From NCBI RefSeq assembly GCF_036963705.1, contig NZ_JBALUT010000003.1:4595-68594 (forward strand): a stretch of 64,000 nucleotides of DNA, given 5' to 3'. Shown here piece after piece: positions 1-10,574 of this stretch; the stretch's first letter is position 1, and every line of letters starts with the position of its first letter. The position numbers and the translations under genes were made by a program. The notes under the pieces were generated by a model. The model did no database searches. It was not told the origin of the DNA and saw only the letters and a program-made list of their open reading frames with translations. Origin of the DNA: Parasphingorhabdus sp. GTDB taxonomy: Bacteria; Pseudomonadota; Alphaproteobacteria; Sphingomonadales; Sphingomonadaceae.

Positions 1-1
1 C

Positions 2-76
2 GTGCTCGGCAAAGACGGGATGCTATTCAGCCTTCCGGCCAATCAGGACAATATCGAACGGGGCGATCTGCTTTAG
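2..76 (+). CDS. 3' end of an unidentified upstream gene (partial, runs off the window)
   Basis: Frame 2 is open from the window edge and reads ...VLGKDGMLFSLPANQDNIERGDLL before TAG at 74-76. Too short to assign. Confidence 0.25.
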   Translation: MLGKDGMLFSLPANQDNIERGDLL

Positions 77-131
77 CGCTTTGGATGATGCTCCTGCGCA
101 GCGGATCATGGAGGCTAAGATTGAAAATAAT

Positions 132-1346
132 CTAAGTCCTGACTTGCCTGAAACGCAGACCCCATAGTGACAGGCCCATGATCGCCAGCGCATAGCTGAT
201 TGCCATAATTGAAATGCCCGACCATCCGGAAAATTCATAAGTCGCGGCGCCAAGCCAGCTCGATATGCCGCCGCCGATAAACATGATGACGATATAGATG
301 GTCATCAGCCGGGTCCGGATGTCCGGCGCGCGACTGAACAAGATCGTGCGGCTGCAGATATCGACCGATGCGCCGCCGATGCTGTTGAAAATAACCGCGA
401 CCACCAACAGCCAGAGATTATTGCCCGCAAAGGGGAGCAGGCAGACACCGGCGAGCTGCACCATGCAGAAATAGACGCGCGCGCGTTCCGCCCCGATATA
501 GTCCGCGAACCGGCCAGCATAAGGCGAGCCGAGGACGTTGACGATAGCGATGATCGCCAGATATCCGACGGTATCGACGCCATAGCCGTTGCGGGGCAGA
601 TGCAGCCCGATCGCCAGCCAGAGCGCCAGAAAAAGTCCGAAGGAAAGCGCCTGAATCAGTCCGCCCAACGCCACCTCTGGAAAAGACCTCATGATCGGCC
701 ACAATGATCGGAGCAATTCGCTGTAACGTGGTGGCTCGACGCCCGAGGGCTTCTCGTCCTGCTTGCGCTCCATGATCGAAGGCAGCAGAACTACCAGCAA
801 CGCCATACATGCCACCCCGACCCAATAGGCCGAGCGCCAGCCGAAATAATGGCCGAGCAAACCGCCGCCGACCCGGCTGCCCAATATGCCAAGCGTCACG
901 CCAGCGGTCATTATTCCGGTGACATGTCCTATCCGTCCGGGGGCAACACGCTGGGTCACATAAGAGGGTAACAGATAGGGCGCGATGGTGACAAAGCCGA
1001 GCAGCGAAGAAGCGGCGGCAAATAGCAGGAAGCTACCGGATAGCGCCATTGCCAGCATCGCGAGAAACTGGCCGACGACAAATATCGTTATCAGCTTGCG
1101 GTTGTTGATCCGGTCGCCGAGCGGCAGCAGCAATAATATCCCCAGCGCCAGAGCGATCTGGTTGAGCGCAGGAACCAGTCCGATCGTCGCGCCGCTTACC
1201 CCGAATTCTTCTGCAACCGGCGTGACCAGAGGGTGAATATAATAGCCATTGGCCACCACCGCCGCCGACGACAGGGCGAAGAGGAAAAGTTTGAGCTCGC
1301 TGATCCGTGCGGGTGCGTTTTTTTCGGTTGGTGCGGGATTGTTCAT
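132..1346 (-). CDS. MFS transporter
   Basis: 404-aa ORF with about 12 hydrophobic segments and an MFS loop motif LPLGDRINNRKL (GxLxDRxGRR-like). Confidence 0.85.
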   Translation of the reverse strand: MNNPAPTEKNAPARISELKLFLFALSSAAVVANGYYIHPLVTPVAEEFGVSGATIGLVPALNQIALALGILLLLPLGDRINNRKLITIFVVGQFLAMLAMALSGSFLLFAAASSLLGFVTIAPYLLPSYVTQRVAPGRIGHVTGIMTAGVTLGILGSRVGGGLLGHYFGWRSAYWVGVACMALLVVLLPSIMERKQDEKPSGVEPPRYSELLRSLWPIMRSFPEVALGGLIQALSFGLFLALWLAIGLHLPRNGYGVDTVGYLAIIAIVNVLGSPYAGRFADYIGAERARVYFCMVQLAGVCLLPFAGNNLWLLVVAVIFNSIGGASVDICSRTILFSRAPDIRTRLMTIYIVIMFIGGGISSWLGAATYEFSGWSGISIMAISYALAIMGLSLWGLRFRQVRT

Positions 1347-1398
1347 TTCCGTCCTCGCCTACGCGATAACGCCCTGAGCGGAAATCAAAATTCCGAAA

Positions 1399-2082
1399 TT
1401 ATCGCCGATCAATAATGTCAGCCAGATCAGAAGCCTGCTTTCTGTAGATCCGATCCTGTAGCATCGCGATCAATTTGGGATCGGCAAGGTCGGGGTGCCC
1501 GCTATTGAATGGCGGACGCGGATCATATTCCAGTCCCAGCTGGACGAATTCGGCAAATTGCTGTCCGGCAATTTCGGCGATGACGGTCAGCGCGAAATCA
1601 ATGCCCGATGTCACCCCGCCTGCAGTGATGACATTGCCATCTTTGACCACCCGTGCCTTTTCAAAAGTTGCGCCGAATTTTTCCAGCAACCTGGTATAGG
1701 CCCAATGGCTGGTCGCCCGTTTGCCTTTGAGCAATCCCGCCGCTCCGAGCGCTAGCGAACCGGTGCAAACCGACGTAATATATTGCGCTCCGGCGGCCTG
1801 ATCGCGGAGAAATTGCAGGGTTTCGTCGTCGCTGATCACGCCTTTTGTACCGAAACCGCCGGGTACGCAGAGCAAGTCGGCCTGCGGGCAGTCAGCGAAA
1901 TCTCTATTCGGCAAAATGGCAAAGCCGCTGTCGGTTTCTATCGGTTTGAGTTGCTTGGCGGCGGTATGGACAATTGCTCCCGGCATCCGAGCGAGAAATT
2001 GTGCGGGGCCGGTGAAATCCAGCTGGGTGATGCCGTCGAACAGCAGGAAGACAATGTGGAAGGGTTTAGGGCTGTCGGTCAT
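1399..2082 (-). CDS. DJ-1/PfpI family (class I glutamine amidotransferase-like) protein
   Basis: Has FHIVFLLFDGITQLDFTGP and a nucleophile-elbow Cys in ITSVCTGSLALGAAGLL. Start moved to internal ATG 2082 (MTDSPKPFHIV); the upstream extension looks non-coding. Confidence 0.85.
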   Translation of the reverse strand: MTDSPKPFHIVFLLFDGITQLDFTGPAQFLARMPGAIVHTAAKQLKPIETDSGFAILPNRDFADCPQADLLCVPGGFGTKGVISDDETLQFLRDQAAGAQYITSVCTGSLALGAAGLLKGKRATSHWAYTRLLEKFGATFEKARVVKDGNVITAGGVTSGIDFALTVIAEIAGQQFAEFVQLGLEYDPRPPFNSGHPDLADPKLIAMLQDRIYRKQASDLADIIDRR

Positions 2083-2270
2083 GGGGTGGCTCCAGGTTAG
2101 AGAAACGCCCAGGCGATCGGCTGCATAAATATGCCCGCTCCCCGATGGTATCCCATCTTGATCTCGCCAGTTACGGACAGATGGTGGTCTAATCCCGTTT
2201 ATGTGCGAGATCAATCAGGACTTGCCAGTCCGCCAGCGAATATTCATCGACCCGCTGCTAGGATGTAAGC

Positions 2271-2993
2271 ATGGAATATGTAACGGAATATGACCGGAAG
2301 GATCGCGCCAAGTCGCTCGTAGCGGTGATCATTGTTCACGCCACCATCGGCTATGCGCTGGTGAGCGGTCTGGGAATGGATATGGCGAAGACCGTGACCG
2401 CAGGATTCAAGGTCATCAATGTTACCGCTCCGCCGCTGCCACCGGAACCTGTGCGGGACGAGGAGCCGACCAAAGCCGTGGAACAGGCCGCCTCGCCAGA
2501 GAATTTGAAGGCTCAGGCAACCCAGATTGTCGCGCCTGAACCGGTGGTCAAACTCGAGATTATATCGCCGGTGGTTGCGGCGCCGGTTGCTGGCCAGGGA
2601 AATGACAATGACGCCGGTGCTTCTGACCGGCCGGGTTCCGGCTTCGGCAGCGGTGGGCAGGGCGACGGTTTCGGGAGTGGCGGGATCGTTTCCGGGCCGC
2701 GCCACCTGTCCGGCGCGATTACCCGCAAGGATATCCCGCGCGCGGTGTGGAAAGCCGGGAATCGCGGCAATGTCGTGGCTCATTTTACGGTCGGGATCGA
2801 TGGTCGCGCAAGCGATTGCACCGTCCGGCAGTCTAGCGGCCATCCGGCACTGGATGCCGCTACCTGTCGCCTGATAGAACAGCGTTTCCGGTTCGAGCCG
2901 GCGCGGGACGCGCGTGGCCAATCGGTCGCGCGGCCCTATGGCTGGCTACAGGAATGGTGGCAGGATGGCCGTGGCCCGCAGCAGGCCGACTGA
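2271..2993 (+). CDS. TonB family energy transducer
   Basis: N-terminal membrane anchor, Pro/Glu-rich spacer (PPLPPEPVRDEEP), and a C-terminal TonB-type domain (GNVVAHFTVGIDGRASDCTV...FEPARD). Confidence 0.8.
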   Translation: MEYVTEYDRKDRAKSLVAVIIVHATIGYALVSGLGMDMAKTVTAGFKVINVTAPPLPPEPVRDEEPTKAVEQAASPENLKAQATQIVAPEPVVKLEIISPVVAAPVAGQGNDNDAGASDRPGSGFGSGGQGDGFGSGGIVSGPRHLSGAITRKDIPRAVWKAGNRGNVVAHFTVGIDGRASDCTVRQSSGHPALDAATCRLIEQRFRFEPARDARGQSVARPYGWLQEWWQDGRGPQQAD

Positions 2994-3000
2994 TGCCGGC

Positions 3001-3516
3001 TTACATCCCCATATAATCGCGTTTGCCGATCGCTACGCCCTGCATGCGGAGCAAATTATAGGCCGTGGTAACATGGAAAAACAGGTTGGGCAGGAAGAAG
3101 CTGAGGACATAAGTCTGGCCGTCCAGTTCCATGGTCTGTTCCGGACCGACCGGCATCGAAATTTTGAGATCGGCGTTGCCGTCAATAGCGGCATCGTCCG
3201 TGGCCGCGATTTTTTCAGCACATTCGGCGATGCGCGCGATCAGGGCGTCAAATGTATCGCCTTCCATCGGCATATTCGGCAGCGCATCCGGCGCAGTGCC
3301 GCTCATTCGGGCAGCGCCGCGGACAGCGAATTCGGTGATCATCTGGACCTGCCATTTCAGGTCGCTCATATCGGGGAACAGGCGCGCGCCGAGATAGGCT
3401 TCTTCTGCGGTGCCGGCGGCTTCTGCCGTCGCCTTGGCCTTCGTGAGGATGTTGGTCAGGCCGCGAAAGGCCTGGGCGGCCGAGCCTTTGAGAATGAGGG
3501 AGAGGTTGGTGGTCAT
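3001..3516 (-). CDS. DUF1993 domain protein
   Basis: 171 aa. C-terminal FFLPNLFFHVTTAYNLLRMQGVAIGKRDYMG is typical of DUF1993. Confidence 0.8.
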   Translation of the reverse strand: MTTNLSLILKGSAAQAFRGLTNILTKAKATAEAAGTAEEAYLGARLFPDMSDLKWQVQMITEFAVRGAARMSGTAPDALPNMPMEGDTFDALIARIAECAEKIAATDDAAIDGNADLKISMPVGPEQTMELDGQTYVLSFFLPNLFFHVTTAYNLLRMQGVAIGKRDYMGM

Positions 3517-3554
3517 ATATTTTTCTTTCCAAGATCGGGGTTGAGGGTGAGAAT

Positions 3555-3971
3555 CTAGAATATGCCGAACAGCAGATAACCACCGAGCGCGATAAAGCAG
3601 CCGAAGGTGGTGAGCGCGCCAATGGCTCGGAAGCCAGCGAAAATCTTGCCGGACTCGGCACCGTGCGAACCGGCTACGGTCGACAAGGCGATTGCGTGAA
3701 ATATGCGGCCAATAATGAAGACAAGAGCGATAATCCGGACGATATTATTTGGTACTACGGTCATTTCCGCCAATGCCAAAACGACGATGAACAGCGCTGC
3801 ATTTTCCGCCAGATTACCATGACGGCGGATTTTGCGCTCCAGCGCCGGATCGTCACCTGTGCCGAGGTTGACCCGGTTGCGGATGCGGTGGGTGCCGACA
3901 AGGATCATCAATATTGCCTGCAATATGATGAGCACGGCCCCTGCGACCGCAGCAATAATCGGTATGGTCAT
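3555..3971 (-). CDS. MAPEG family membrane protein
   Basis: 138 aa with 4 hydrophobic helices and an ...RRHGNLAENAALFIVV... motif. Confidence 0.75.
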   Translation of the reverse strand: MTIPIIAAVAGAVLIILQAILMILVGTHRIRNRVNLGTGDDPALERKIRRHGNLAENAALFIVVLALAEMTVVPNNIVRIIALVFIIGRIFHAIALSTVAGSHGAESGKIFAGFRAIGALTTFGCFIALGGYLLFGIF

Positions 3972-4272
3972 TCGGCATTCTCCTAAGTCGATTATCTGTG
4001 GGCGACTTGCGGCAGTTGATCAATGAACGCAAGGCTATTGGCAATAGAGAAATCGCGGGGCGGATATGATGGTGGAAGCTCGTTATACATACTGGCGCGC
4101 CCTGCCGCGGCATTTTTTCGCGTTGCAAGCTGTTACATAGCCCCAGGTTCGAAAAGGTTGAATTTTAACCGCAATTTGGCAAATTTCAGCTAGTTTGAGC
4201 GGCTTGTTACGGAGGTGCGTTAACCATGTGGATGCACAGGCGCTCAACCTGTTTCCGCTACAGCAAGGGATC

Positions 4273-5124
4273 ATGAACGAATTAGTGCACAGCATCTCGC
4301 CGATCCGGCAGACTGCCATCATCTCGGCGATCGCTGTGCTACTGTCTTTCACCCTCACCGGAATTTGTTATTTGCTATTCTACGGGATGGACGACCGGTT
4401 CTGGCCCGCGATGACCATGGCGATAGTGGTTCCGTGGGGGATCAGTATTCCGCTCGGTCTGTACATGTCCAAACAGCGGTTCAAGCTCATTGGGCTGACG
4501 AACCGGCTCAAGGAAGCGCAAGGAAACTTGCGCAAGGCCAACAAGGCGCTTGAATTGCGGGCGAATTACGACGGGATGACCGGTTTGCTCAATCGCGACA
4601 GCTTCCTGAGCCAGCTCAACAAATTGCGCACAGATCAGGACAATAATGTGCTGATGATCGTCGACGTCGACCATTTCAAGGACATCAACGACAGTTTCGG
4701 TCATCCCGTTGGGGATCAGGCGCTGAACCTGCTCGGTAAGGTTTTTCACAAAATTCTGCGAAAAAATGATATTGCCGGACGCATTGGCGGTGAAGAATTT
4801 GGTATCTTCCTGCCCGACACCAGTGCGCCCGAGGGCCAGATTATCGGCGAGATGGTCCGGCACGAGATCGAAAATATGATTTTCGAGCCCTGTCAAAATA
4901 TGCGCCATGTCATCACCGTCAGCATTGGCGTGACCGATATGGCCCTGCACCACCAGCGTTCTGCGCTGATGGAAAATGCCGACGCGGCTCTGTTCGCCGC
5001 TAAACGGCGCGGGCGAAATCAGGTGGTATTGTTCGAACCCGGCATGCGCGCCAGTCCGTCCCCTCCGGGTCGTGAACAGCCGCGTGATTTGAATCTGGTC
5101 GTGCCGGATTCAAAATTCGGTTAA
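4273..5124 (+). CDS. Diguanylate cyclase (GGDEF domain) with two N-terminal TM helices
   Basis: Has RIGGEEFGIFL (GGEEF active site) and DHFKDINDSFGHPVGD. ATG 4273 is preceded by AAGGGA; the ORF track starts at TTG 4195. Confidence 0.85.
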   Translation: MNELVHSISPIRQTAIISAIAVLLSFTLTGICYLLFYGMDDRFWPAMTMAIVVPWGISIPLGLYMSKQRFKLIGLTNRLKEAQGNLRKANKALELRANYDGMTGLLNRDSFLSQLNKLRTDQDNNVLMIVDVDHFKDINDSFGHPVGDQALNLLGKVFHKILRKNDIAGRIGGEEFGIFLPDTSAPEGQIIGEMVRHEIENMIFEPCQNMRHVITVSIGVTDMALHHQRSALMENADAALFAAKRRGRNQVVLFEPGMRASPSPPGREQPRDLNLVVPDSKFG

Positions 5125-5162
5125 GACAGAATTTGAAATGACGAAGGCCGCAGGCGCTGCTA

Positions 5163-7979
5163 ATGCTCGCGACTATGACCAACTCTCCAGACAGCAAACC
5201 CAATCATCTCTATCTCGTTGACGGCTCGGCCTATATATTCCGCGCCTATCATCGTCTCCCGCCGCTGACCAATGTCCATGGCGAGCCGGTCGGGGCGGTC
5301 TATGGCTATACCACAATGTTGTGGAAGCTTGCCGACCAACTCAACAAGGCTGATGGTCCGACCCATATGGCGGTGGTGCTGGACAAGTCGGGGACCAGCT
5401 TCCGCAATGATCTCTATGATCAATATAAGGCCAATCGTCCGGAGGCGCCGGAGGATCTCAGGCCGCAATTTCCGATGATCCGCGATGCCACGCGTGCGTT
5501 CTCGTTGCCATTGATCGAGGAAGAAAATGTCGAGGCCGATGATATGATCGCCTCTTATACCAAGGCGGCGCTGGCAGAGGGCTGGCATGTCACGATCGTT
5601 TCGTCCGACAAGGATTTGATGCAGCTGATCGAACCGAGTGATGACAGCCGCGTCGATATGCTCGACACGATGAAAAATGCCCGGATGAACCGAGCGACCG
5701 TCGAGGAGAAATTCGGCGTCGGACCCGAGAAACTGGGTGATGTGCTTGGGCTGATGGGTGACAGTTCGGACAATATTCCGGGTGTCCCGGGCATCGGGCC
5801 GAAGACCGCGTCGAAGCTGATCAACGAATTTGGCGATATTGAAAGCGTGCTGGCCGCGGCACCGGAAATGAAAAAATCCAAGATGCGCGACAATCTGATC
5901 GAATTTGCCGAACAGGCCCGACTGTCGCGGATATTGGTTACATTGCGGGAAGATTGTCCGCTGCCGGACACGTTGGAGAGTTTCCTGATCCAGGATATTC
6001 CCCACGATCCATTGCACGAATTCCTGTCGCATCATGGTTTCAACAGCTTGCTCAAAAAGCTCGGCGGTAACGGCCAGACGGAGCCCCAGGACCCCGATGT
6101 CGATGACAAGGCCTCTGCGAAGTCTGTGGTGAAGACGCCCGATGCGCCAGCCATCGACCGGACAAAATATGAGTGCGTGCAGACGATCGCAGCGCTTGAT
6201 AAGTGGATCGAGCGCGCCACCACACAGGGCGTCTGCGCTGTTGATCTCGAGACCGACAGCCTCGAAAGTGTGACCGCGCGCGTCGTCGGAGTCTGCCTTG
6301 CCACCGGCCCCAACGAGGCCTGCTATGTCCCGCTTGGCCACGGCAGCGGCGATATGTTTGGCGAGACGCCCGAGCAGATCGGGCTTCAGGACGCGCTGGC
6401 CAAGCTGAAGCCGTTGCTCGAGGATGACGCGGTGCTCAAAGTCGGGCAGAATCTGAAATATGACATGGGCGTACTGGCCCAGCATGACATTAAAATCGCG
6501 CCGTTTGACGATACATTGGTGATGAGCTTCAATCTCGACGCTGGTCTGCACGGGCATGGCATGGATGAACTTTCCAAGCTGCATCTCGGGCACGAGTGCA
6601 TCAGCTTCAAATCGATCACGGGGACCGGAAAGAAGGCGATTGGTTTCGCTGAAGTGCCGCTTGAAAAAGCGACCGAATATGGAGCGGAAGACGCCGATGT
6701 CACGCTCCGGCTTTGGGAAATCCTTCGTCTGCGGATGGCTCCGCAACGGGCGACGCGGGTCTATCAGATGGTTGACCGTCCGTTGGTTCCGGTGATCGCC
6801 AAAATGGAGGGGACTGGCGTCCTTGTCGACCGCGAGGAACTAGCGCGACTGTCAAAGACATTCGCCGAAGAAATGGTGAAGCTGGAACTGGAAATCCACG
6901 AGTTTGCCGGCGAACCTTTTTCCATCGGCAGCCCCAAGCAATTGGGTGAAATCCTGTTCGGCAAGCTTGGCCTCAAGGGCGGCAAGAAGGGCAAATCGGG
7001 GCAGTATTCAACCGATGTCACAGTGCTCGAACGGCTGGCCGGTGATGGCGAGCCAATTGCCCAGAAGGTTGTCGACTGGCGCCAGCTGGCGAAGCTGAAA
7101 TCCACCTACACCGATGCGCTGCAGGAGCAGATCAATCCGAAGACCGGGCGCGTCCACACCTCCTACAGCCTGAGCGGCGCGCAAACGGGACGGCTGTCCT
7201 CGACCGAACCGAACCTGCAGAATATCCCGATCCGTACCGAGATCGGGCGGCAGATAAGGCAGGCCTTTGTCGCCGCTCCCGGCAACGTCATTCTCGCAGC
7301 CGATTATAGCCAGATCGAGCTCCGGCTGGCGGCGCATATCGCCGACGTAGCGAGCCTGAAAGAAGCCTTTGCCAATGGCGAGGACATCCATAACCGCACC
7401 GCGCGAGAACTATTCGGTGCCGAAGACCGCGATGCCCGTGCTCGTGCCAAGACAATCAATTTCGCGATTCTCTACGGTATCTCCCGCTGGGGTCTGGCCA
7501 AGCGCCTCGAGGTGGACCCGGATGAAGCGCAGGCGATGATCGATACTTATTTCGAGCGCTTTCCAGGCATCAATCAATATATCTCGAACACTCTGCAATC
7601 GGTTCGCGAAGCAGGCTATACCGAGACCTTGTTCGGCCGCAAGACCTGGTTCGAGCGGATCAAGTCTCCCAATCAGGCCGAACGCCAGGGCAGCGAACGC
7701 GCGGCGATCAATGCGCCAATCCAGGGAACCAGCGCGGATATTATCAAGCGCGCGATGGCAAGAATGCTGCCTGCCTTGGCCGAGGCGGGACTGGGTAAAG
7801 TTCAGATGCTGATGCAGGTCCACGATGAACTGGTCTTCGAATTGCCCGAAGGTGATGTGGATGCCGCTAGCACGGTCATTCGATCGGTCATGTCCGGCGC
7901 AGCGGAACCGGCGGTGAAATTATCGGTGCCGCTGGACGTCGATATCGGGACCGGTAAGAATTGGGATGAAGCGCACTAA
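5163..7979 (+). CDS. polA: DNA polymerase I
   Basis: 938 aa with a 5'-nuclease N-terminus (LYLVDGSAYIFRAYH), a 3'-5' exonuclease, and polymerase motifs (DYSQIELR, QVHDELVFE). Confidence 0.97.
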   Translation: MLATMTNSPDSKPNHLYLVDGSAYIFRAYHRLPPLTNVHGEPVGAVYGYTTMLWKLADQLNKADGPTHMAVVLDKSGTSFRNDLYDQYKANRPEAPEDLRPQFPMIRDATRAFSLPLIEEENVEADDMIASYTKAALAEGWHVTIVSSDKDLMQLIEPSDDSRVDMLDTMKNARMNRATVEEKFGVGPEKLGDVLGLMGDSSDNIPGVPGIGPKTASKLINEFGDIESVLAAAPEMKKSKMRDNLIEFAEQARLSRILVTLREDCPLPDTLESFLIQDIPHDPLHEFLSHHGFNSLLKKLGGNGQTEPQDPDVDDKASAKSVVKTPDAPAIDRTKYECVQTIAALDKWIERATTQGVCAVDLETDSLESVTARVVGVCLATGPNEACYVPLGHGSGDMFGETPEQIGLQDALAKLKPLLEDDAVLKVGQNLKYDMGVLAQHDIKIAPFDDTLVMSFNLDAGLHGHGMDELSKLHLGHECISFKSITGTGKKAIGFAEVPLEKATEYGAEDADVTLRLWEILRLRMAPQRATRVYQMVDRPLVPVIAKMEGTGVLVDREELARLSKTFAEEMVKLELEIHEFAGEPFSIGSPKQLGEILFGKLGLKGGKKGKSGQYSTDVTVLERLAGDGEPIAQKVVDWRQLAKLKSTYTDALQEQINPKTGRVHTSYSLSGAQTGRLSSTEPNLQNIPIRTEIGRQIRQAFVAAPGNVILAADYSQIELRLAAHIADVASLKEAFANGEDIHNRTARELFGAEDRDARARAKTINFAILYGISRWGLAKRLEVDPDEAQAMIDTYFERFPGINQYISNTLQSVREAGYTETLFGRKTWFERIKSPNQAERQGSERAAINAPIQGTSADIIKRAMARMLPALAEAGLGKVQMLMQVHDELVFELPEGDVDAASTVIRSVMSGAAEPAVKLSVPLDVDIGTGKNWDEAH

Positions 7980-8002
7980 GCGGATTGCGCTGCGGTCCGG
8001 CG

Positions 8003-8152
8003 TCAGGTCTTGATCCAGAAGCGGATGAAATAGCCGACCGTGCCAACGACCGCCACTCCCATCGCCCAATAAGCCAGCATCCAGAGCAGGCGCTTGGGCA
8101 AGGGCGCGCCATCTGCGGTTTTGCCTTTCGACGAGAGCGGATCAAAAGCCAT
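8003..8152 (-). CDS. Small membrane protein (DUF2474-like) coupled to the bd oxidase
   Basis: 49 aa with one TM (LLWMLAYWAMGVAVVGTVGYFI). Its ATG at 8152 overlaps the cydB stop by 1 nt (TAATG arrangement). Confidence 0.6.
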   Translation of the reverse strand: MAFDPLSSKGKTADGAPLPKRLLWMLAYWAMGVAVVGTVGYFIRFWIKT

Positions 8153-9156
8153 TAGTGGTAGCCGTCCGATCCTACCTTGCCGCGGAACACCCAATAAGCC
8201 CATGCGGTATAAGCGAGAATGACCGGCACCATGATGCCCGCGCCGATCAGCATGAACATCTGGCTCTCATAGGGTGCTGCCGCTTCCCAGATCGTGATCC
8301 GGCCGGGGATGACGTCAGGCCACATCGAGACGGCAAGGCCGATCAGACACAGACCGAACAGGCCGAGCGCATAGAAAAAGGGTGCGGCTTCCTGGCGTTT
8401 GGACAGGCTGCGGAAGAACAGCACCGAGATGACCAGAGTCGCGAGCGGAATCTGGGCCGTGGCGATGACGCCGGGATAGGCGAGCCAGCGGCTATAATAT
8501 TCTTCCTCGAGGAAGGGTGTTGCGATGCTGACAACAGCGATGGCGAGCAGCAGCAAGATACCGAGGCGGCCGGCATAGCTGTAGCACTGGCGCTGTAGCG
8601 GACCTTCGGTTTTCCAGATCAGCCAGCAGCAGCCGAGCAAGGCGTAGCCGGCCAGCAAGGCAAAGCCGGTCAGCAGGCTGAAAGGTGTCAGCCATTCCCA
8701 CCAGCCACCGGCATAAGCGCGGCCTTCGACGGTGATGCCCTGCAGCAATGCGCCGAGCGTAATGCCTTGGGCAAAGGTCGCGATGACCGATCCGGCGGTA
8801 AAGGCGAAATCCCAGCGGGCGCGGTGGGCAGGGTCGCGCCAGCGAAATTCAAAGGCCACGCCGCGCAGGACCAGTCCCAGTAACATGGCAATCAGCGGGG
8901 CGTAGAGCGCCGGCAAGATGATCGCATAAGCGAGCGGGAAAGCGGCCAGTAAACCACCGCCGCCGAGCACCAGCCAGGTTTCATTGCCATCCCATACCGG
9001 CGCGATGCTGTTCATCGCGGTGTCGCGGTCCTGCCCGACCTTGAAATTGGGGAACAAGATGCCGATGCCAAGATCAAAGCCGTCCATGATCACGTATACG
9101 ACGACAGCAAAGGCGATGATGCCCGCCCAGATGACGGTTAGTTCGGTGCCGCTCAT
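8152..9156 (-). CDS. cydB: Cytochrome bd-type ubiquinol oxidase subunit II
   Basis: 334 aa, polytopic, with CydB-like N-terminus (VIWAGIIAFAVVVYVIMDGFDLGIG). Overlaps cydA by 4 nt. Confidence 0.93.
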   Translation of the reverse strand: MSGTELTVIWAGIIAFAVVVYVIMDGFDLGIGILFPNFKVGQDRDTAMNSIAPVWDGNETWLVLGGGGLLAAFPLAYAIILPALYAPLIAMLLGLVLRGVAFEFRWRDPAHRARWDFAFTAGSVIATFAQGITLGALLQGITVEGRAYAGGWWEWLTPFSLLTGFALLAGYALLGCCWLIWKTEGPLQRQCYSYAGRLGILLLLAIAVVSIATPFLEEEYYSRWLAYPGVIATAQIPLATLVISVLFFRSLSKRQEAAPFFYALGLFGLCLIGLAVSMWPDVIPGRITIWEAAAPYESQMFMLIGAGIMVPVILAYTAWAYWVFRGKVGSDGYH

Positions 9157-10574
9157 GTCGCTGCTCCTTCTTCATGATCCCCTTCGAGCACTGCCGCTGC
9201 AGGCGTGATACCTGCCGAGCGGATCGGGGCGTCGTCTGGCGTCGGTTCGTGGGCTTCGGGCGGTTTCGCGGCGAGCTTGAAGATATAGACTATGCCGGCG
9301 CCGAAGACGATGAAATAGACGACAACAAACGCCAGTAACGAAGCTGCAACCGCAGGTGCATCCAGCGGTGCTGCGCTCTCGCTGGTGCGCAGCAAGCCGT
9401 AGATGGTGAACGGCTGGCGTCCGACCTCGGTCGTTACCCAGCCGGCCAGTACGGCAATGAAGCCGGATGGCCCCATCACCAGAGCCGCGCGGTGCAACAA
9501 GGGCCAGTCATAGAGTTTCTTGCGCGATCGGGCGAACAGGCTCCACAGGCCGATGCCGAGCATCGCAAAGCCGAGGCCGACCATGATCCGGAACGACCAG
9601 AAGACGATGCCAACCGGCGGTTCGTCTGCATCGGGGATGGTATCAAGTCCGGCCAGTGGCGCATTGAGATCATGTTTGAGGATTAGCGAGGATGCCTTGG
9701 TTATTTCAATGGCATAGTCGACACGCTTTTCCTTGCTGTTGGGAATACCGAACAGGATCAGCGGCGCGCCATCGGGATGGCTGTCATAATGACCTTCCAT
9801 CGCCATCACCTTTGCCGGCTGATGCTCGAGCGTGTTGAGCCCGTGCAGATCGCCCATGAATATCTGTGCCGGAGCAACCAGCGCTGCCATCCACATCGCC
9901 ATCGAGAACATTTTGCGCGCGCCGGGGTTGGTCTTGTCTTTCAGCAGATGCCAGGCGCCGACGGCACCGACAGCAAAGGCCGTGGTCAGATAGGCCGCGA
10001 GCACCGTGTGCACCAGACGATAGGGGAAGCTGGGGTTCCAGATGATCTCCCACCAGCCGGCTGCGGGCACATATTGCCCGACTTCATTGATCGCAAAACC
10101 GACCGGCGTCTGCATCCAGCTGTTCACCGACAGGATCCAGAAGGCAGAGATGAAAGTTCCAATAGCGACGGCCAGTGTCGCAACGAAATGCAGTTTGCGG
10201 CCGACCTTGTTGATGCCGAACAACATCACACCAAGGAAACCGGCTTCGAGGAAAAAGGCGGTCAGTACTTCATAGGCCATGAGCGGCCCGATAATCGGTC
10301 CCGCCTTGTCGGAAAATACCGACCAGTTGGTCCCGAACTGATAAGACATGACGATACCGGAAACGACGCCCATGGCGAAGACGACTGCAAAGATCTTCAG
10401 CCAATAGCGGTACAGGTTCGCGTAAACGCCATTGTCGGTTTTCAGCCAGAGACCTTCCAATACGGCGAGATAGCTGGCGATGCCAATTGTGAAGGCGGGG
10501 AACAGGAAGTGGAAGCTGATGGTGAACGCGAACTGCACCCGGGCCAGATTGATGGCGAGATCATTTTCTATCAT
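9153..10574 (-). CDS. cydA: Cytochrome bd-type ubiquinol oxidase subunit I
   Basis: Has LARVQFAFTISFHFLFPAFTIG and GWVTTEVGRQPF motifs. ATG 10574 overlaps the sulP stop (ATGA). About 473 aa, which suggests a short Q-loop (CIO-like). Confidence 0.93.
   Translation of the reverse strand: MIENDLAINLARVQFAFTISFHFLFPAFTIGIASYLAVLEGLWLKTDNGVYANLYRYWLKIFAVVFAMGVVSGIVMSYQFGTNWSVFSDKAGPIIGPLMAYEVLTAFFLEAGFLGVMLFGINKVGRKLHFVATLAVAIGTFISAFWILSVNSWMQTPVGFAINEVGQYVPAAGWWEIIWNPSFPYRLVHTVLAAYLTTAFAVGAVGAWHLLKDKTNPGARKMFSMAMWMAALVAPAQIFMGDLHGLNTLEHQPAKVMAMEGHYDSHPDGAPLILFGIPNSKEKRVDYAIEITKASSLILKHDLNAPLAGLDTIPDADEPPVGIVFWSFRIMVGLGFAMLGIGLWSLFARSRKKLYDWPLLHRAALVMGPSGFIAVLAGWVTTEVGRQPFTIYGLLRTSESAAPLDAPAVAASLLAFVVVYFIVFGAGIVYIFKLAAKPPEAHEPTPDDAPIRSAGITPAAAVLEGDHEEGAAT

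Noticed and set aside
2244-2921. 225-aa minus ORF opposite the TonB-family gene, and the N-terminal extensions of several track ORFs (e.g. 1399-2214, 17824-18513, 47192-47716)
   Set aside because: Internal ATGs with RBS-like sequences and signal-peptide or domain starts give better gene models. The extensions have non-protein-like composition.
5160-6746. 528-aa ORF antisense to polA
   Set aside because: It lies entirely within the unambiguous polA coding region on the opposite strand. Its composition is Arg/His/Leu-rich and typical of antisense frames in high-GC DNA, and no motifs are present.
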